A DNA stretch of 64,000 nucleotides from Octopus vulgaris (lineage: Eukaryota). A model generated the notes under the pieces. The model searched no databases, was not told the origin of the DNA, and saw nothing but the letters and a program-made list of their open reading frames with translations. The translations under genes and the position numbers were made by a program. Positions 49,985 to 63,339 of this stretch are shown here, piece after piece. Within the stretch, counting starts at the first letter, position 1; each line of letters starts with the position of its first letter. The stretch spans positions 80,972,001-81,036,000 of the forward strand of contig OX597819.1 of NCBI GenBank assembly GCA_951406725.2. Direction: 5' to 3'.

Positions 49985-51655
49985 ACTAGCTGAGTTACCC
50001 GGCGTTGCCCGAGTTACATACAATTGAAGAATTAGACTTTTCTGTTATATTTTCTGTAATGAACTGGAATACCTATGTTTCGAATTTCATCATAATTGCA
50101 GATGAGGGTTATTTCCCTCTTTACACACCAAAACAAAATTGTCATCGTGCCACATCTATCCCATACTGCTGATTTTTATGCGCATATTCCAAAATTCCAG
50201 TCTTATTGAACCTGTCATAAGGATTTTGCTCCTGCAAAATGAAGGTCATGGAGCTCTAAAATGTGAGAGTTAAGGCCCCCGTTGGGGGTGGGCATCTTCA
50301 TGTCAACCAGAGGAGTTGAATTGTTGAGAATCTTTTTAACTTGGGTCTTATATCTATTGTTTGAATTTCTTTGAAATAGGAAATATATGTTCACTGGGTT
50401 TGTAAAAGAGAGCATAGCTGCAGGAAACCAAAAGACGAATGACCACAATAAGCAGTCCCTACCCTAGTCGTTACCACTCCCAATGTAGGATTCCTCACCA
50501 TCCAGGTGATAAGCACAGCCGTAAGATGCATTACCAATCTATAGCAATTGGAAGGGCGTGACCCAACTGAAATAAACATTAACAACTGTGTGACGTGACG
50601 GCTAAGGAGAAATGAAAGTTGGAGTTCGCAAATGATCACTATACTGATACGTAACTGGACAGAATGAATATACAATCTATAAATGTCTTTGAATAACCAG
50701 TCACTCATCTGGGAAGGCCTTAAAATCATTGTTACCATCTGGGGACTGTGTGTGACCCAGTGATAATAAAAAACTGAAAGGAGATCTGCAATCAAATAAC
50801 TTTACTCAACACTTTGCAACTGAATCAGTGGAGGCAAAGATGCCTCTCATTTACTTGACAATTTATGCAGCACATTGCAGAAATCACAATCTAAGTGTAT
50901 GTCAAAGCAAACTCTTACACTGTTGTACCATTGAATTAGAAATAATGCTCATCTTCTATGCTCGGATAACCCCACAGCTTCCAAGAGTACAACTATTCGT
51001 CTTTGCTTAGATAAAATGACAAAATTGTGGGTGTTAAGTCCCATGAAGGGGTCTTTCTAACTTGTAAGAAGATGAAATTATATAAATATTACTTCATTTG
51101 TATCTAATATCTATGGTTACAATTTCCTCAACAGCAAAAATATATGAATTTTCATGGGGATTATGGCCCTTATGCATAGAATATAATTTCCAAATTTCAT
51201 AAAGATCCATTCAGTACTTTTGACTTAGTTTTGGATCATAAAAGAAATGACTAAAATTTGGGAGTTAAGGCCCCCATTAGGGTGTCTTAGAATCCTCATG
51301 TGAAGTGTAAACTTTGAGAATAATTCTTGATGTGTGTCAATTACCCATGGTTGAAATTTCATCAACATCGAAAATTTATGAATTTTCATGGGGTTTCTGC
51401 CTCCTTTAAGCCATCTGAAATTCAAACCAAACATATTGCATTATACCAGCCCTTATGCATTGAATCTAAGTTTCAAATATTATAAGGATCCATTCAGAAA
51501 TTTTAGTCCATGAAATTGTATGAAATACACAGCATTACCCTTCTTCTTGGGTTTCGATTTTGTGTTCCAAATTTCATTATGATCGTTGCAGCAGTTTTCG
51601 AATGTATAAGTAATACACGAACACATAAAGACATTGTCTTTGATATAATAAAGAT
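49985..51655. mobile_element. Non-autonomous Helitron/Helentron-like element
   Basis: Starts ACTAGCTGAGTTACCCGGCGTTGCCCG like 7990 and 63276, has internal AAATTTCAT repeats, and ends ...GACATTGTCTTTGATATAATAAAGAT. Confidence 0.55.
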
Positions 51656-51683
51656 GAACGTACACATATACATACATGTATAT

Positions 51684-51757
<74 letters not shown>

Positions 51758-51781
51758 TTATGTGTGTGTGTGCGTGTGTAT

Positions 51782-51809
<28 letters not shown>

Positions 51810-51819
<10 letters not shown>

Positions 51820-52062
51820 AAGATAAATTGATAGATACAACTGAGTGGGCAAACAAAAATATAAGGCACAGCGATGTGTTATTTTTATGTTGATAAGCCT
51901 GGTACTTATTCTATTAGTTTCTTCTTGTGCAACCAGTAAGTTATGGGGATGTAAATAAACGAACAGCAGTGATGAGGGTGAAACACAGAAACAAAGTCAC
52001 ACACATACACTTAAATATACACATATATATACGATTGATTTCTTTAAGTTTCTGTCTACGAA

Positions 52063-52144
<82 letters not shown>

Positions 52145-52555
52145 GTGTATGTGTGTGTGTGTGTGTGTGTATGTACACACACAAAGATAAATTGTGTGGG
52201 CAAACAAATATATGAGATACTGCCTAGTGGTTTTTTTTTTTATTTTGATAAGCCTGATACTTATTCTATCAGTTTCTTCTTGTAAAACCAGTAAGTTATG
52301 GGGATGTAAATAAACGAACACCAGTTGTGAGGCATTGATGAGGGAGAAACACAAAGACACACACACAGACTTACATATATATACATATATACGATTGATT
52401 TCTTTCAGTTTCTGTCTGCAAAATCCACTGACGAGGCTTTGGTTGGTCTGACGCTATAGCAGAAGACACAAGCCAAGGCACCACACAGTGGGACTGAACT
52501 GAGGACCATGTGTTTTGGAACGAAGTTTGTTACCACACAGCCACACCTGCACCTA
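51810..52555 (-). mobile_element. Locally duplicated SINE family B plus flank (51810-52065 and 52175-52555)
   Basis: Both copies share the flank CACACAAAGATAAATTG...GGGCAAACAAA and the same diverged SINE variants. Confidence 0.75.
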
Positions 52556-53299
52556 TATGTGTGTGTGTGTATGTGTGTATGGGTGTATATATGTATGCAT
52601 GTTTATATGTGAATATATATGTGTACATATTACATGTACATCTATATATATATATACATCTGCACATATACATGTATACATATACATCTATATGTATAGA
52701 AATAAATGTATACATATACAGCTATACACACATACACACACACACACACATACATAGGTGCAGGTGTGGCCATGTGGTAACAAACTTCGTTCCAAAACAC
52801 ATGGTCCTGGGTTTAAAGTTAAATTAAAAATAATAAGGGTGAGAAATTGAATATTAATTTGATTAATATGAATTGAAGACCAGTGGTGTAGCATTTAAGA
52901 CCATAGCGGCTCTTCTTCTAGCAAAATGGATGTCCACTGTTAATGGTCCATCCCTCTTATATAATAGTTTGACTTTAATAGTTTCAGTATTAAAGGGAAA
53001 GTATCTGACATTACAATAAAGAAATGTTTTTGTTTCACTTTTAACACGTAATACTGAAATAGTGGAGAAAATATGATATTGCTGTGGGCTCGCCCTAGGC
53101 AAGAAGTTAGAAGTTTTTTTGTCCATGACACTACATGGACCCTAAGTAAGGCATGTGTAAAATTTGAATGAAATTGGTTGTGTAGTTCTCAAGTTTTAGG
53201 GATTCACACAGACAGACTGGGAGACACACATTCTCAGCTTTATATATATAGATTATAGGTGGAAATGTATAACGGAAAATAAGAAAAAATAATGAAATT

Positions 53300-54450
53300 T
53301 TTCAAAAAAAGCATGCAGCTTTGAAGAAGATATATGAAATGGACGTGTGTGTGTGTGTGTGTTTCCGGCTAATTTGGTGGGATTTTTACAGTCAGTACGA
53401 GGTAGTTTGTGTTTATCTCTGGAGTGGAATTGTTAATTTGTCTGTAATAGCAATGCCAGGACAAGTGACAATATCTTCGCAGAAAATAGCTTCAGGAGTT
53501 GTGAGGAAAGAATTTGTACGTAGTCTGTTTGTGAGAACTATTCTATTGGACCTCTGTCTAATCACGTCTTTTAAGGTACACACATATACATAGAAAATGT
53601 GTGGTCATGGTAGGAAATTTTTACGATAGTTAATTTATGGAGAAGATTATGCGGAATTTTTGAAATTCAAATCTTTGAACGAAACTGAAGTTCAGACGTG
53701 TACATAGTAGGTAGACCTGGTAGAAATAGCAGCGAAATCTCCCTCAAAACACCCTACTGTATTAAACCAACAATTGTGCGTAATATGTAGTTTGAATGAG
53801 AAACTGTAACTAAAGATGAAGATAATTAACCCCACAAAGAGGTGAAAGAAAAGAGACAGCATAGGGAAAGTTTTAGTTGACTCATCCTGTAGTCCCCTTG
53901 TTGCTAGTGGAATGGTATATGGCGGCTGTGTGAGCAACTGGTTGTTTTAATTGGGGAACAAATAGAGGAAGAAGTTTTAATCGATTTTCTCGGTAAGTAT
54001 GGATGCTATGAAAAAATAGAAGAGGCATTAAGAAGTTGACGTTAAGAATTGCTTTGACAGTTAGAAAATGTTTGACATTTCAATCATCACCAAAAACTGA
54101 AGCTGTAAGAATTTACGGGGAAATTGTATGTAAAAAGTAAAGCAGAGATGATTTATAACTATACTGCCAAAGTTCTGCAACTTAATAGCAGACGTATCCA
54201 ATTTAAGAAAAGTGAAGATGAAAGCTAAGTGTAAAATTATGGAAGAAGTCATTGGTATACGCTTATAGGAAAAATATCTTGTGGTTGTTAGCATTGTTAG
54301 CACCGCAAACGGTTCGGTTCGGTGGCCCAAGTACATGATCTGTGTAGCTCTTACGATCTTTTCGAAGGCCATATAGGGGTGGGATTTCATTGTTGGTGGT
54401 TATGAAATTGAATTGTTAGGTGTACGTTTCATCCTCGTGTGAGCAGTTAT
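53300..54450 (-). pseudogene. Decayed PLE RT of the second lineage
   Basis: IPPLYGLRKDRK...GPPNRTVCGANNANN (~54280-54390) matches PTLYGLRKDHKP...GPPTRPVCRAN at 5810-5900. Confidence 0.6.
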
Positions 54451-54455
54451 TTATA

Positions 54456-54507
<52 letters not shown>

Positions 54508-54509
<2 letters not shown>

Positions 54510-54748
54510 AAAAAAGGAGATGTCGAACACGAGTGGTGATATATAAAAAAGGAAATGAAGAAAATGCTGACAAATAATTGAAGTAATTTAAGTAATTTAA
54601 TTAGGTGAAAGTTCTTTTTACCGGTTGCGCATTTGTTATGCTTATATATTTTGATAAGCATAACAAATGCGCAACCGGTAAAAAGAACTTTCACCTAATT
54701 AAATTACTTAAATTACTTCAATTATTTGTCAGCATTTTCTTCATTTCC
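54508..54748. mobile_element. Mini foldback PLE: 95-bp perfect arms plus tail
   Basis: 54551-54645 versus 54654-54748 as reverse complement; same family as the termini of 16915-22163; tail 54508-54545 matches 22125-22163. Confidence 0.9.
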
Positions 54749-55058
54749 TGTTATATATATATATATATATATAATATAAATACACACACACACACACATA
54801 TATATATAGTTCAAATTTGGAAAAAAATATAATACAATTCAAGTTATATACCTATATATATATATATAAAGTTCATAAAGAAATAAAAGACGAAGTCAGG
54901 TGTAGGAACAACAAGCAGGTATATTAGTTTAACGCTCGGTAAAAATGGAATATTTTTATGTTTCGAACCAACGCTCTTCGACAAAAGGAATAACAGGGGA
55001 AAATGGAGAGAGAACGAAAAACTCAGAGAATAGTTGTGTAGTGTTCAGCGGTCCAACG

Positions 55059-55090
<32 letters not shown>

Positions 55091-55806
55091 TGTATGTATG
55101 TATGTATGTATGTATGTATGTATGTATGTATGTATCTATGTGTATGTGTGTATGTGTGTGTGTATGTGTGTGTGTATGTATCTATGTGTGTATGTGTGTA
55201 TGTGTGTGTATGCGTGTGTGCATGTGTGTGTATGTGTGTGTGTATGTGTGTATGTATGTGTGTGTGTATGTGTGTGTATGTATGTATGTGTGTGTGTGTG
55301 CGTGTATGCATGTATGTATGCATGTATGCATGTATGCATGTATGTATGTATGCATGCATATATACACACTACAGGCACACACACACATTATATATATGCG
55401 TATACATATGTATACGTATCTTCTACTATAACCTCGAGCCGTCCATAGCTTTGTGAGTGGATTTGGTCGAGGGAAACTGAGAGAAGCTCGTCGTATATAT
55501 AAGTATGTGTGTGTGCTGTGTGTGTGTATATACGTACGTATGTATATATGTATGTATGTATGTATGTTTGTGTGTGTGTGTATGTATGTATGTATGTATG
55601 TATGTATGTATGTATGTATGTATGTATGTATGCATGTATGTATGTATATGAAGTATTGGTGTTGTGTATCGGCCAATCATTAAAAAAAATCTTTTATTCA
55701 AAATTGGCATTTTGTATTTCTTACCTATGTAAAATTTTTACGAAATTAAGCTCACCGCTCTGCTTAACTGAAGATAGTCATACGCCCATAACTCTGTGTG
55801 TGTTTT

Positions 55807-55859
<53 letters not shown>

Positions 55860-56491
55860 TATATTTTGTTACTATGCAAGACTGGGTGCTCCAGGCATAA
55901 ACGTTATGTAAATTAACAATTTCATTTCCCTGTAGCAACTAGATTTGATGTATATATATAAACAGAACGGGTATTCATTTCTCTGAGATTGGTCGAGTGA
56001 TATAAAAACACCCTTGATGAAATTCCATTAAGGGTCATAAATCGATTTCGGCTGTCCATAATCTTTTCCTATCCACAAGGAAATAGGTAAAATTAACATA
56101 TTTGTATATATACAACATAGGTTTACATATATTGCATCATATCCTGATACTGAGTAGGGTGGGCTCACCGTTGACAGGCCACTGATATTATTTAAACTGA
56201 CAAACAGTAATGGTAGGTAAATTAATAGCTTCAATTCTCAATAAATATTAAATCTGATATGTATATAAACAGAAATGCTATTCATTAATCTGGGATTGGT
56301 TAAGTAATATATACACCTGAAAGAATCAAAACGCAGCTTAATCTTCATTTGTTCCAAGATCGACATGTTGGTGCTCGTGTTGGTATGTCTACTACGTAAG
56401 CTTACATATATATATATGAACATATACATACATACATACATACATACATACATACATACATACATACATACATACATACATACATACATAC

Positions 56492-57037
56492 ATGGTGGCT
56501 GCCCTCTCGTTATCTAGTATGGCCATTGCACGAAGCTTAATCAATGTTGTTATCGTGCAATGCCTGTGCAAGAAGATATTTTTTAAGTGAGGAAAGGCTG
56601 TGCACTGAGTCAATCCCACTCACTAAGCAACAGCAGCCATAATCCGAGAAGAAGAACAAATCAACATCATCGGTAACCACTGAGCCACAGGTTTTATGTC
56701 GGAGTTATCCCAGTTACCTTCTCCTAGAAGGATGCCCTGACAAAGGCTAGGAGTCCTTCACTCCCAATGGTTTAACTGCGCGATAGGGTATTCAATCCGA
56801 TTATTTCTATGTCCCTGCGCATGATACAGCTTTAAGACATTTATTGGATGGCCGTTGACTCCCAAGAGTTCCTCCGCCCTTTGACGGGTTTTGTTTTTCA
56901 TCCCGCAGGGTGACCAATAAATACTCTCCTCACCAAGCGAGCTTGGTGGGGTTGCCGGTTTAGTCGCCGACGACCCGACCATGCAACAGGTAGTACTGGG
57001 TTACATGTTACCAGTAGCACTCGAAAGTGACCTGACA
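56492..57037 (-). mobile_element. Structured GC-richer element in (TACA)n, probably a LINE 5' UTR or derivative
   Basis: Run of stem-loops at its 5' end; ends GCCACCATG at the microsatellite. Confidence 0.45.
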
Positions 57038-57104
57038 TATATACATATATACATACATACATACATACATACATACATACGTGTGCGTGTGTGTGTGTGT
57101 GTGC

Positions 57105-57166
<62 letters not shown>

Positions 57167-57489
57167 GTAAACAAGCACTCCGTCGTTTCGTCGACCCGGT
57201 TTACAGTTGATTTGATCAATGGTATTGCCTGCTGAGCACCTCACGTATCCTTAACGTGGTTCTCAGGGAGATTCAGCGTGACACAGGCTGGCTTTATGTT
57301 TGTAAATTTACCACGTAGGCTTATATTTGTACAGATACATGTATACATATATGCATATATGCATATACATACATACGTAAATACATGCATACATACACAC
57401 ACGTACATGCACACACACGCATATAATATATACACGAACATATGTATATAAATATATACATACATAGACAGACAGGCATACGCACATAA

Positions 57490-57556
<67 letters not shown>

Positions 57557-57809
57557 ATATATCATCAAAATAAGCAACAGGATATCAAAAAGTGATGCAG
57601 TACTACCGTTTCAAGCGGCTTCATTAAATTGAACAATGCAATCATTACATCAATTTAAATGCAGAGCTATCATCAGCTACACAAATAAATTGAATTTTAA
57701 CCATTTGGACATATTAATATAATTTTTCTCAAATACTTTAACAGAGCAAGAAGATGGGAAAATCCATGTCGTTGCTATTATAGCTAACAATAGACTACAC
57801 TTCCAAGAA

Positions 57810-58180
57810 TGACATTTGGGATAAAGAAGAAAAACTGTGTACAGTTGTGGAAATCAGCTGCCCAGTGGATATTAACATAACGCCGAAGATCAGTGGAAAA
57901 GAGGACACCTAAGCTAAACTATTAAGATATCTGCAGTTACTCTATCCGGATAAGTTCAAGTCTATACTTGTAATTATTGAGGCACTAAGATACGTAACAC
58001 CTTAACTAAATACCAATCTTGAGAAATTAGGCTTCTCAAAACCAAAAAGGAGAAAGCTGATTCGAATACTACAGATCCAAACCATCACTGGAACTGTAAA
58101 AGTTTGTAAAACTTTCCAGAAGTTTATCATTTAAGTATTTATGAGTATGTCTAGATATGCAAGTATATGCATGAGAAAAC
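57810..58180 (+). pseudogene. Dong/R4-type LINE restriction-like endonuclease fragment
   Basis: IWDKEEKLCTVVEISCPVDINITPKISGKEDT*AKLLRYLQLLYPDKFK...IQTITGTVKVCKTF. Confidence 0.8.
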
Positions 58181-58277
58181 ATATATAAAAAGAAAATTAG
58201 AAATAATATATTTCTAAAACTCTCAGAGATTTAGAAATATATTTTTAAATCTCTTAGAGAGATTTATACAGTAGCAG

Positions 58278-58640
58278 CACATTAAGTTGGCAGCAAACCA
58301 TCACTTTATCGTGCTGCTACTGTATAACTTTGTCTGAGAGGTTTAGTAATATAATATTTCTAATTTTGTAGATCAGTGAATTTATTTCACTTGAAATCTG
58401 TTTTAAAAGGTGAATAAGCATCGACAGACAGCCAGCAAGCCAAGCTACTCCAGACTGATGAAGATCAATGACTCTGAAACTAGTCTATGAATGCTGGGTG
58501 GAGGTGCTTATCTCTCCTGTTTGAAAACATAAGGACAAAGTACACTTGTGTCACATAGCCAACTGGAAACGGTGTTTCCTAGGACTAAATAGCAGTAGCA
58601 AACTGGGACTGCCACATTAAATTGGCAACAAACCATTACT
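58278..58640 (+). mobile_element. Hammerhead-containing unit with 28-bp terminal direct repeat (retrozyme-like)
   Basis: CACATTAA(G/A)TTGGCA(G/A)CAAACCAT(C/T)ACT at 58278 and 58613 (period 335); hammerhead at 58451-58489. Confidence 0.6.
58451..58489 (+). ncRNA. Type I minimal hammerhead (CUGAUGA core)
   Basis: CAGA-CTGATGA-AGA tcaatgac TCT-GAAA-CTAG-TC-TATG; palindromic ACTAGT stem III, GUC triplet, one stem I mismatch. Confidence 0.7.
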
Positions 58641-59556
58641 ATAAAAAGAAAACGTTCAATTCTGCACATATACATATATTCAAAAATACCCTATTGGTGT
58701 TGTTGAAATTCCAATGAAGGAGCCTTGAATGTAGGTTAGAAACCGGCTCTTTCTCTATTGGCAAGAAATTTTGAAATAAAACTGAATAATTGCATACATA
58801 CCTACATACATATATGTATTCACACACACACACACACACACACAAATATGCATACAACAAAGTGCTTTTCATGTTTCTACCTTTTATATTAAGCTTTCAC
58901 TTTTATTGTGTATATATTTTTCGCATTCCTACGAACTTTTTTTTTCCATTACTATTGAGATTGAGTGAAGCTAATAAATGTACAACGCTAAAGTATTACA
59001 AACTGAAGGTGAGTCAACAACAATGGCATTTTTTGATGGTAGGTTGTTGACTAGAAGTTGATGAGAAAAACTAAGCACAGCTTTAAGTATAAGAAATAAA
59101 TTGACGAATATTCTCATTCAGCAAGCTCTTTTTTTTTTTTTTAAATGTTACAAATATCAATCAGAGGTGAACGACTTTAGAGAAATAGAAGTGACGAACC
59201 GGAAAAAAAATAATAAAAGTAGAAAACTTCTCTGTAATATGTCCATGTTCGTGACTTGAGAGAGAGAGGGAGAGAGAGAGAATGATGTATGAGAGACATG
59301 TACGTTGCAATGATTAACCCTTAGCCGCTCCAAAGCATTTTCATTTGTTTGTCCTAAACATCCATGTTTGTTTTCAAACTTTTTGATTACCTTTATTTCG
59401 TACCATTCTGAGTAACATAAAGGAGCGATCCCCTGTTTTTTTTGTTTTATTTTTACATCACGGACCTCTTTCCTGCAAGACGATTTTTCCTAGGACAAGG
59501 AGAAAATGCGCATACCAAAACACAATAAAGTGCATATCATATAATAGACAATTATA

Positions 59557-59722
59557 AGCGTGGCTGTGTGGTAAGAAGCTTGCTTTCTAACCACATGGTT
59601 CTGGGTTCAGTCCCTCTGCTTGGTACATTGGGAAAGTTTTTATTTTTTTTTTTTACAATAGCCTCGGGCAGACCAAAGCCTTGTGAGTCGATTTAGTAGA
59701 CAGAAACTGGAAGAAGGCCGCC

Positions 59723-59790
<68 letters not shown>

Positions 59791-60019
59791 ATATATGTAT
59801 GCGTGATTTTCTGCCTATGTTTGTCTTCCACTTGACAACCGGTATTGGTGTGTTGCGTCCCCGTAATTTAGCAGTTCGACAAGAGATTGATAGAAGAAGT
59901 ACCATGCTTAAATGAAAACAATAAACACTGACATAGATTCATTCGACTAAAAATTCTTCAAGGCGGCACTCCAGCATAAGCGTAGTCCAATGACTGAAAT
60001 ACGTAAAAGATAAAAGAGT
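59557..60019 (+). mobile_element. Diverged SINE family B
   Basis: Family B motifs. Confidence 0.8.
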
Positions 60020-60029
60020 ATATATCAGG

Positions 60030-60775
60030 CAACCTGTCGGTTACGGTGACAAAGGTTCCAGTTGATCCGACCAACGGAACAGCCCGCTCATGAGATTAAC
60101 GCGTAAGTGACTGAGCACTCCACAGATACGTGTACCCTTAGCATAGTTCTCAGGAACATTCAACGTGACACAGAATCTTTTCAACTATAAGCACAAGGTA
60201 CGAAATTTTAGGGGAGGAGGACGGTCAATAAGATCGACCCCAGTACTTAATTTATCGACCCCTAAAGGATGAAAGGGAAAGTCAACCTCGGCGGAATTTA
60301 AACTCAGAGCGTAAAGACAGACGAAATGCCGCTAAGCATTTCGCCCGGCGAGCTAATGTATCTTATTTCTTTATTGCCCACAAGGGGTTAAACATAGAGG
60401 GGACAAACAAGGACAGACAAAGAGATTAAGTCGATTACATCGACTCCAGTACGTAACTGGTACTTGGTTTATTGACCCCGAGAGTATGAAAGGCAAAGTC
60501 GACCTCGGCAGAATTTGAACTCAGAGCATAAAGACAGACGAAATGCCGCTTAGCATTTCGCCCGGCGTGCTAACGTTTCTGCCAGCTCGCTGCCTTCAAC
60601 GTGACACAGAATGTGACAAGACTGGCCCTTTGAAGTACAGGTACTATTCATTTTTGCCAGCTGAGCGGACTTGAGCAAAGGGAAATAAAGTGTCTTGCTC
60701 AAGGACACAACGCGCTGCCAAGAACCGAACTTACTATCGTGAGCTAAATGCTCTTACTAAGCGACGTGCCTCCAC
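60030..60775 (-). mobile_element. SINE (25163-type) with nested family C copies
   Basis: TSD TTCAACGTGACACAGAAT at ~60159-60177 and ~60595-60612 encloses two family C pieces. Confidence 0.8.
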
Positions 60776-60815
60776 GATAATATATACAGAAAATATAATA
60801 CTCATATATTACATA

Positions 60816-60869
<54 letters not shown>

Positions 60870-60872
<3 letters not shown>

Positions 60873-61180
60873 GTGAAAAGGAACACACGAGTTGATATAT
60901 ATGAAAAAACAAGTCAAGATAGAAAATGCTAAAATAAAGAATTCACAACGACCTCGAACACACAAGTGCAAACAAGGGAGACAGAGAAAGGCAGAATGCC
61001 ACTTATATTTGAACACTATACAAATATTCCTTTAAAAAAACTTTTCTTTTAAATTTTCTAAATTTAATTATTTAATCGTTACAGTTGAAATGGTCTCAAA
61101 ATGACCGAAACAGGTACTGAAATGTTCTTTATAAAATTATTTTAGCATTTTCTATCTTGACTTGTTTTTTCATATATATA
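60870..61180 (+). mobile_element. Short PLE-end element with inverted termini, tail, and hammerhead at 61082-61119
   Basis: 60895-60936 versus 61139-61180 inverted; CAG-TTGAAAT-GGTC tcaaaat GACC-GAAA-CAGG-TA-CTG. Confidence 0.7.
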
Positions 61181-61226
61181 TATATTATGTAATATATGAG
61201 TATTATATATTCTATATATAATACAT

Positions 61227-61326
<100 letters not shown>

Positions 61327-61355
61327 CATATATTACTGTAATACATACATAGAGT

Positions 61356-61743
61356 CGCAGGCGTGGCTGTGTGGTAAGAAGCTGGCAGAAACGTTAGCAC
61401 GCCGGGCGAAATGCATAGGGTATTTCGTTTGCCGTTACGTTCTGAGTTCAAATTTCACCGAGGTCGACTTTGCCTTTCATCCTTTCGGGGTCGATAAATT
61501 AAGTACCAGTTACGCACTGGGGTCGATGTAATCGACTTAATCCCTTTGTCTGTCCTTGTTTGTCCCCTCTATGTTTAGCCCCTTGTGGGCAATAAAGAAA
61601 TAAGAAGCTTGCTTCCCAACTACATGGTTCCGGGATCAGTCCCACTGCGTTAGAATCTTGGGCAACTGTCTTCTACTATAGCCTCGGGCCGACCAAAGCC
61701 TTCTGAGTGGATTTGGTAGACGAAATCCGAAAGAAGCCCGTCG

Positions 61744-61792
<49 letters not shown>

Positions 61793-62000
61793 GTGTGTGT
61801 GTGTGTTTGTCCCCCCGCCATCGTTTAACACCGATGTTGGTGTGTTTACTTCCCCCGCAATTTAGCAGTTCGGCAAAAGAGACTAATAGAATAAGAACTA
61901 ACTTTACAAAGAATAAGTCCTGGGGTCGATTCGTTCGACTAAAGGCGGTGCTCCAGCATGGCCGCAGTCAAATGACTGAAACAAGTGAGAGAAGAAAAGA
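61356..62000 (+). mobile_element. SINE family B with a family C SINE nested in its head
   Basis: TSD TAAGAAGCT at 61375-61383 and 61601-61609. Confidence 0.9.
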
Positions 62001-62349
62001 AGAAAACAAAAGCACATTGCAGAGCGCGTTATTGAATAACATGGAAATAAAAGTTGAAAATCAATTCTTTCTGTGCTGTCCGATGTGACTCCTGATATAG
62101 ATCTTTCCTCTCAAAAGTCTTAAGTTGCTCTGGTAGTTGAAAAACATTGGGAATGTGTATCATTTACGATGAATGGACACCAGGGAAATATGTCTCGTGT
62201 ATCACATGTGATACACAGGACAGATAAAGGGTTAATGAAAGTGTGGTGAGAAAAAATGTATCAACGACATCCCATTCCACGACACGAAGCGACGTTGGCC
62301 ATGATAAAAACATCTCTGTTGAGAGGTCAAATAATTATTTCAAATAATC

Positions 62350-62660
62350 CTTTCTTCTAGAGGTACAAGGCCTGAAATTTTGCTGGGAAGGGACTAAGTC
62401 GATTTCATCGACCCCAGTGTTTTACTGGTACGTGCTAACGATTCTGCCAGCTCACCGCCTTAGAGCTAATAATAATAGTGGTTTCAAATTTTGCCTCAAT
62501 GGCAGCAATTTTGGGGGAGGGGATGAGTCGATTACATCAATCCCAGTGTTTAGCTGGTACTTAATTTATCGACCCCGAAAGGATGAAAGGCAAAGTCGAC
62601 CTCGGCGGAATATGAACTCAGAACGTAGCGACGGGCAAAATACCGATAAGTATTTCGTCA
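62350..62660 (-). mobile_element. SINE family C fragments
   Basis: Family C motifs. Confidence 0.7.
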
Positions 62661-63339
62661 TGGCTCTCCATGGCTACTTCGAAAGACAGAGGAGTGGAAG
62701 GAACGACTAGAGGAAGGAAGAGGGAGGGAGTTATGGGATGAGTTATACAAATGAGAAGTTTGTTTTGTGCAATTTTACTGTATATCGATAGACATATCGA
62801 TTACCTGAGTAGGTGGTTTCTCGATAGCTGTGATACAATTACCAAATATGGTATCATTAAAATTCGAACAAAGACTCTACAGGGTCGAATTAGGTGAGCA
62901 ATCAATTGCAAGTGTTTTGCCCAAACACGCACGCGTGCACACACAAACACAAACACACACACACACACACACTCACAAATAGCATACAAACACACACAAA
63001 GGTAATGGTGGTGTGATGTGGTGCGTGTGTGTGCGTATGCGTGTGCGCGTGCGTGTTTGTGCATGTGTGCGTGTGCCTTTGTGTTTGTGTTTGTTCTTTA
63101 CCACCACTTGACGACCGGTTCCGCAAAAGAGACAGATAGAATAATGTACCAACCTTAAAAAGAAGTACTTGGGTCGATTTTTCTAATTAAAGCTCTTCGA
63201 GGTGGTACACTAACATGGCCGCAGTCCAATGACTAACACAACTAAAAAATACGAGTACATATATATATATATATACTAGCTGAAGGTGACCCGCTCTACG
63301 CGCGGGTAAGAGTGTGGTTGTTACTTTCTGTTGCTTCCT

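Noticed and set aside
56028-56234. Signal-peptide-like ORF
   Set aside because: TTG start, no splice or homology support.
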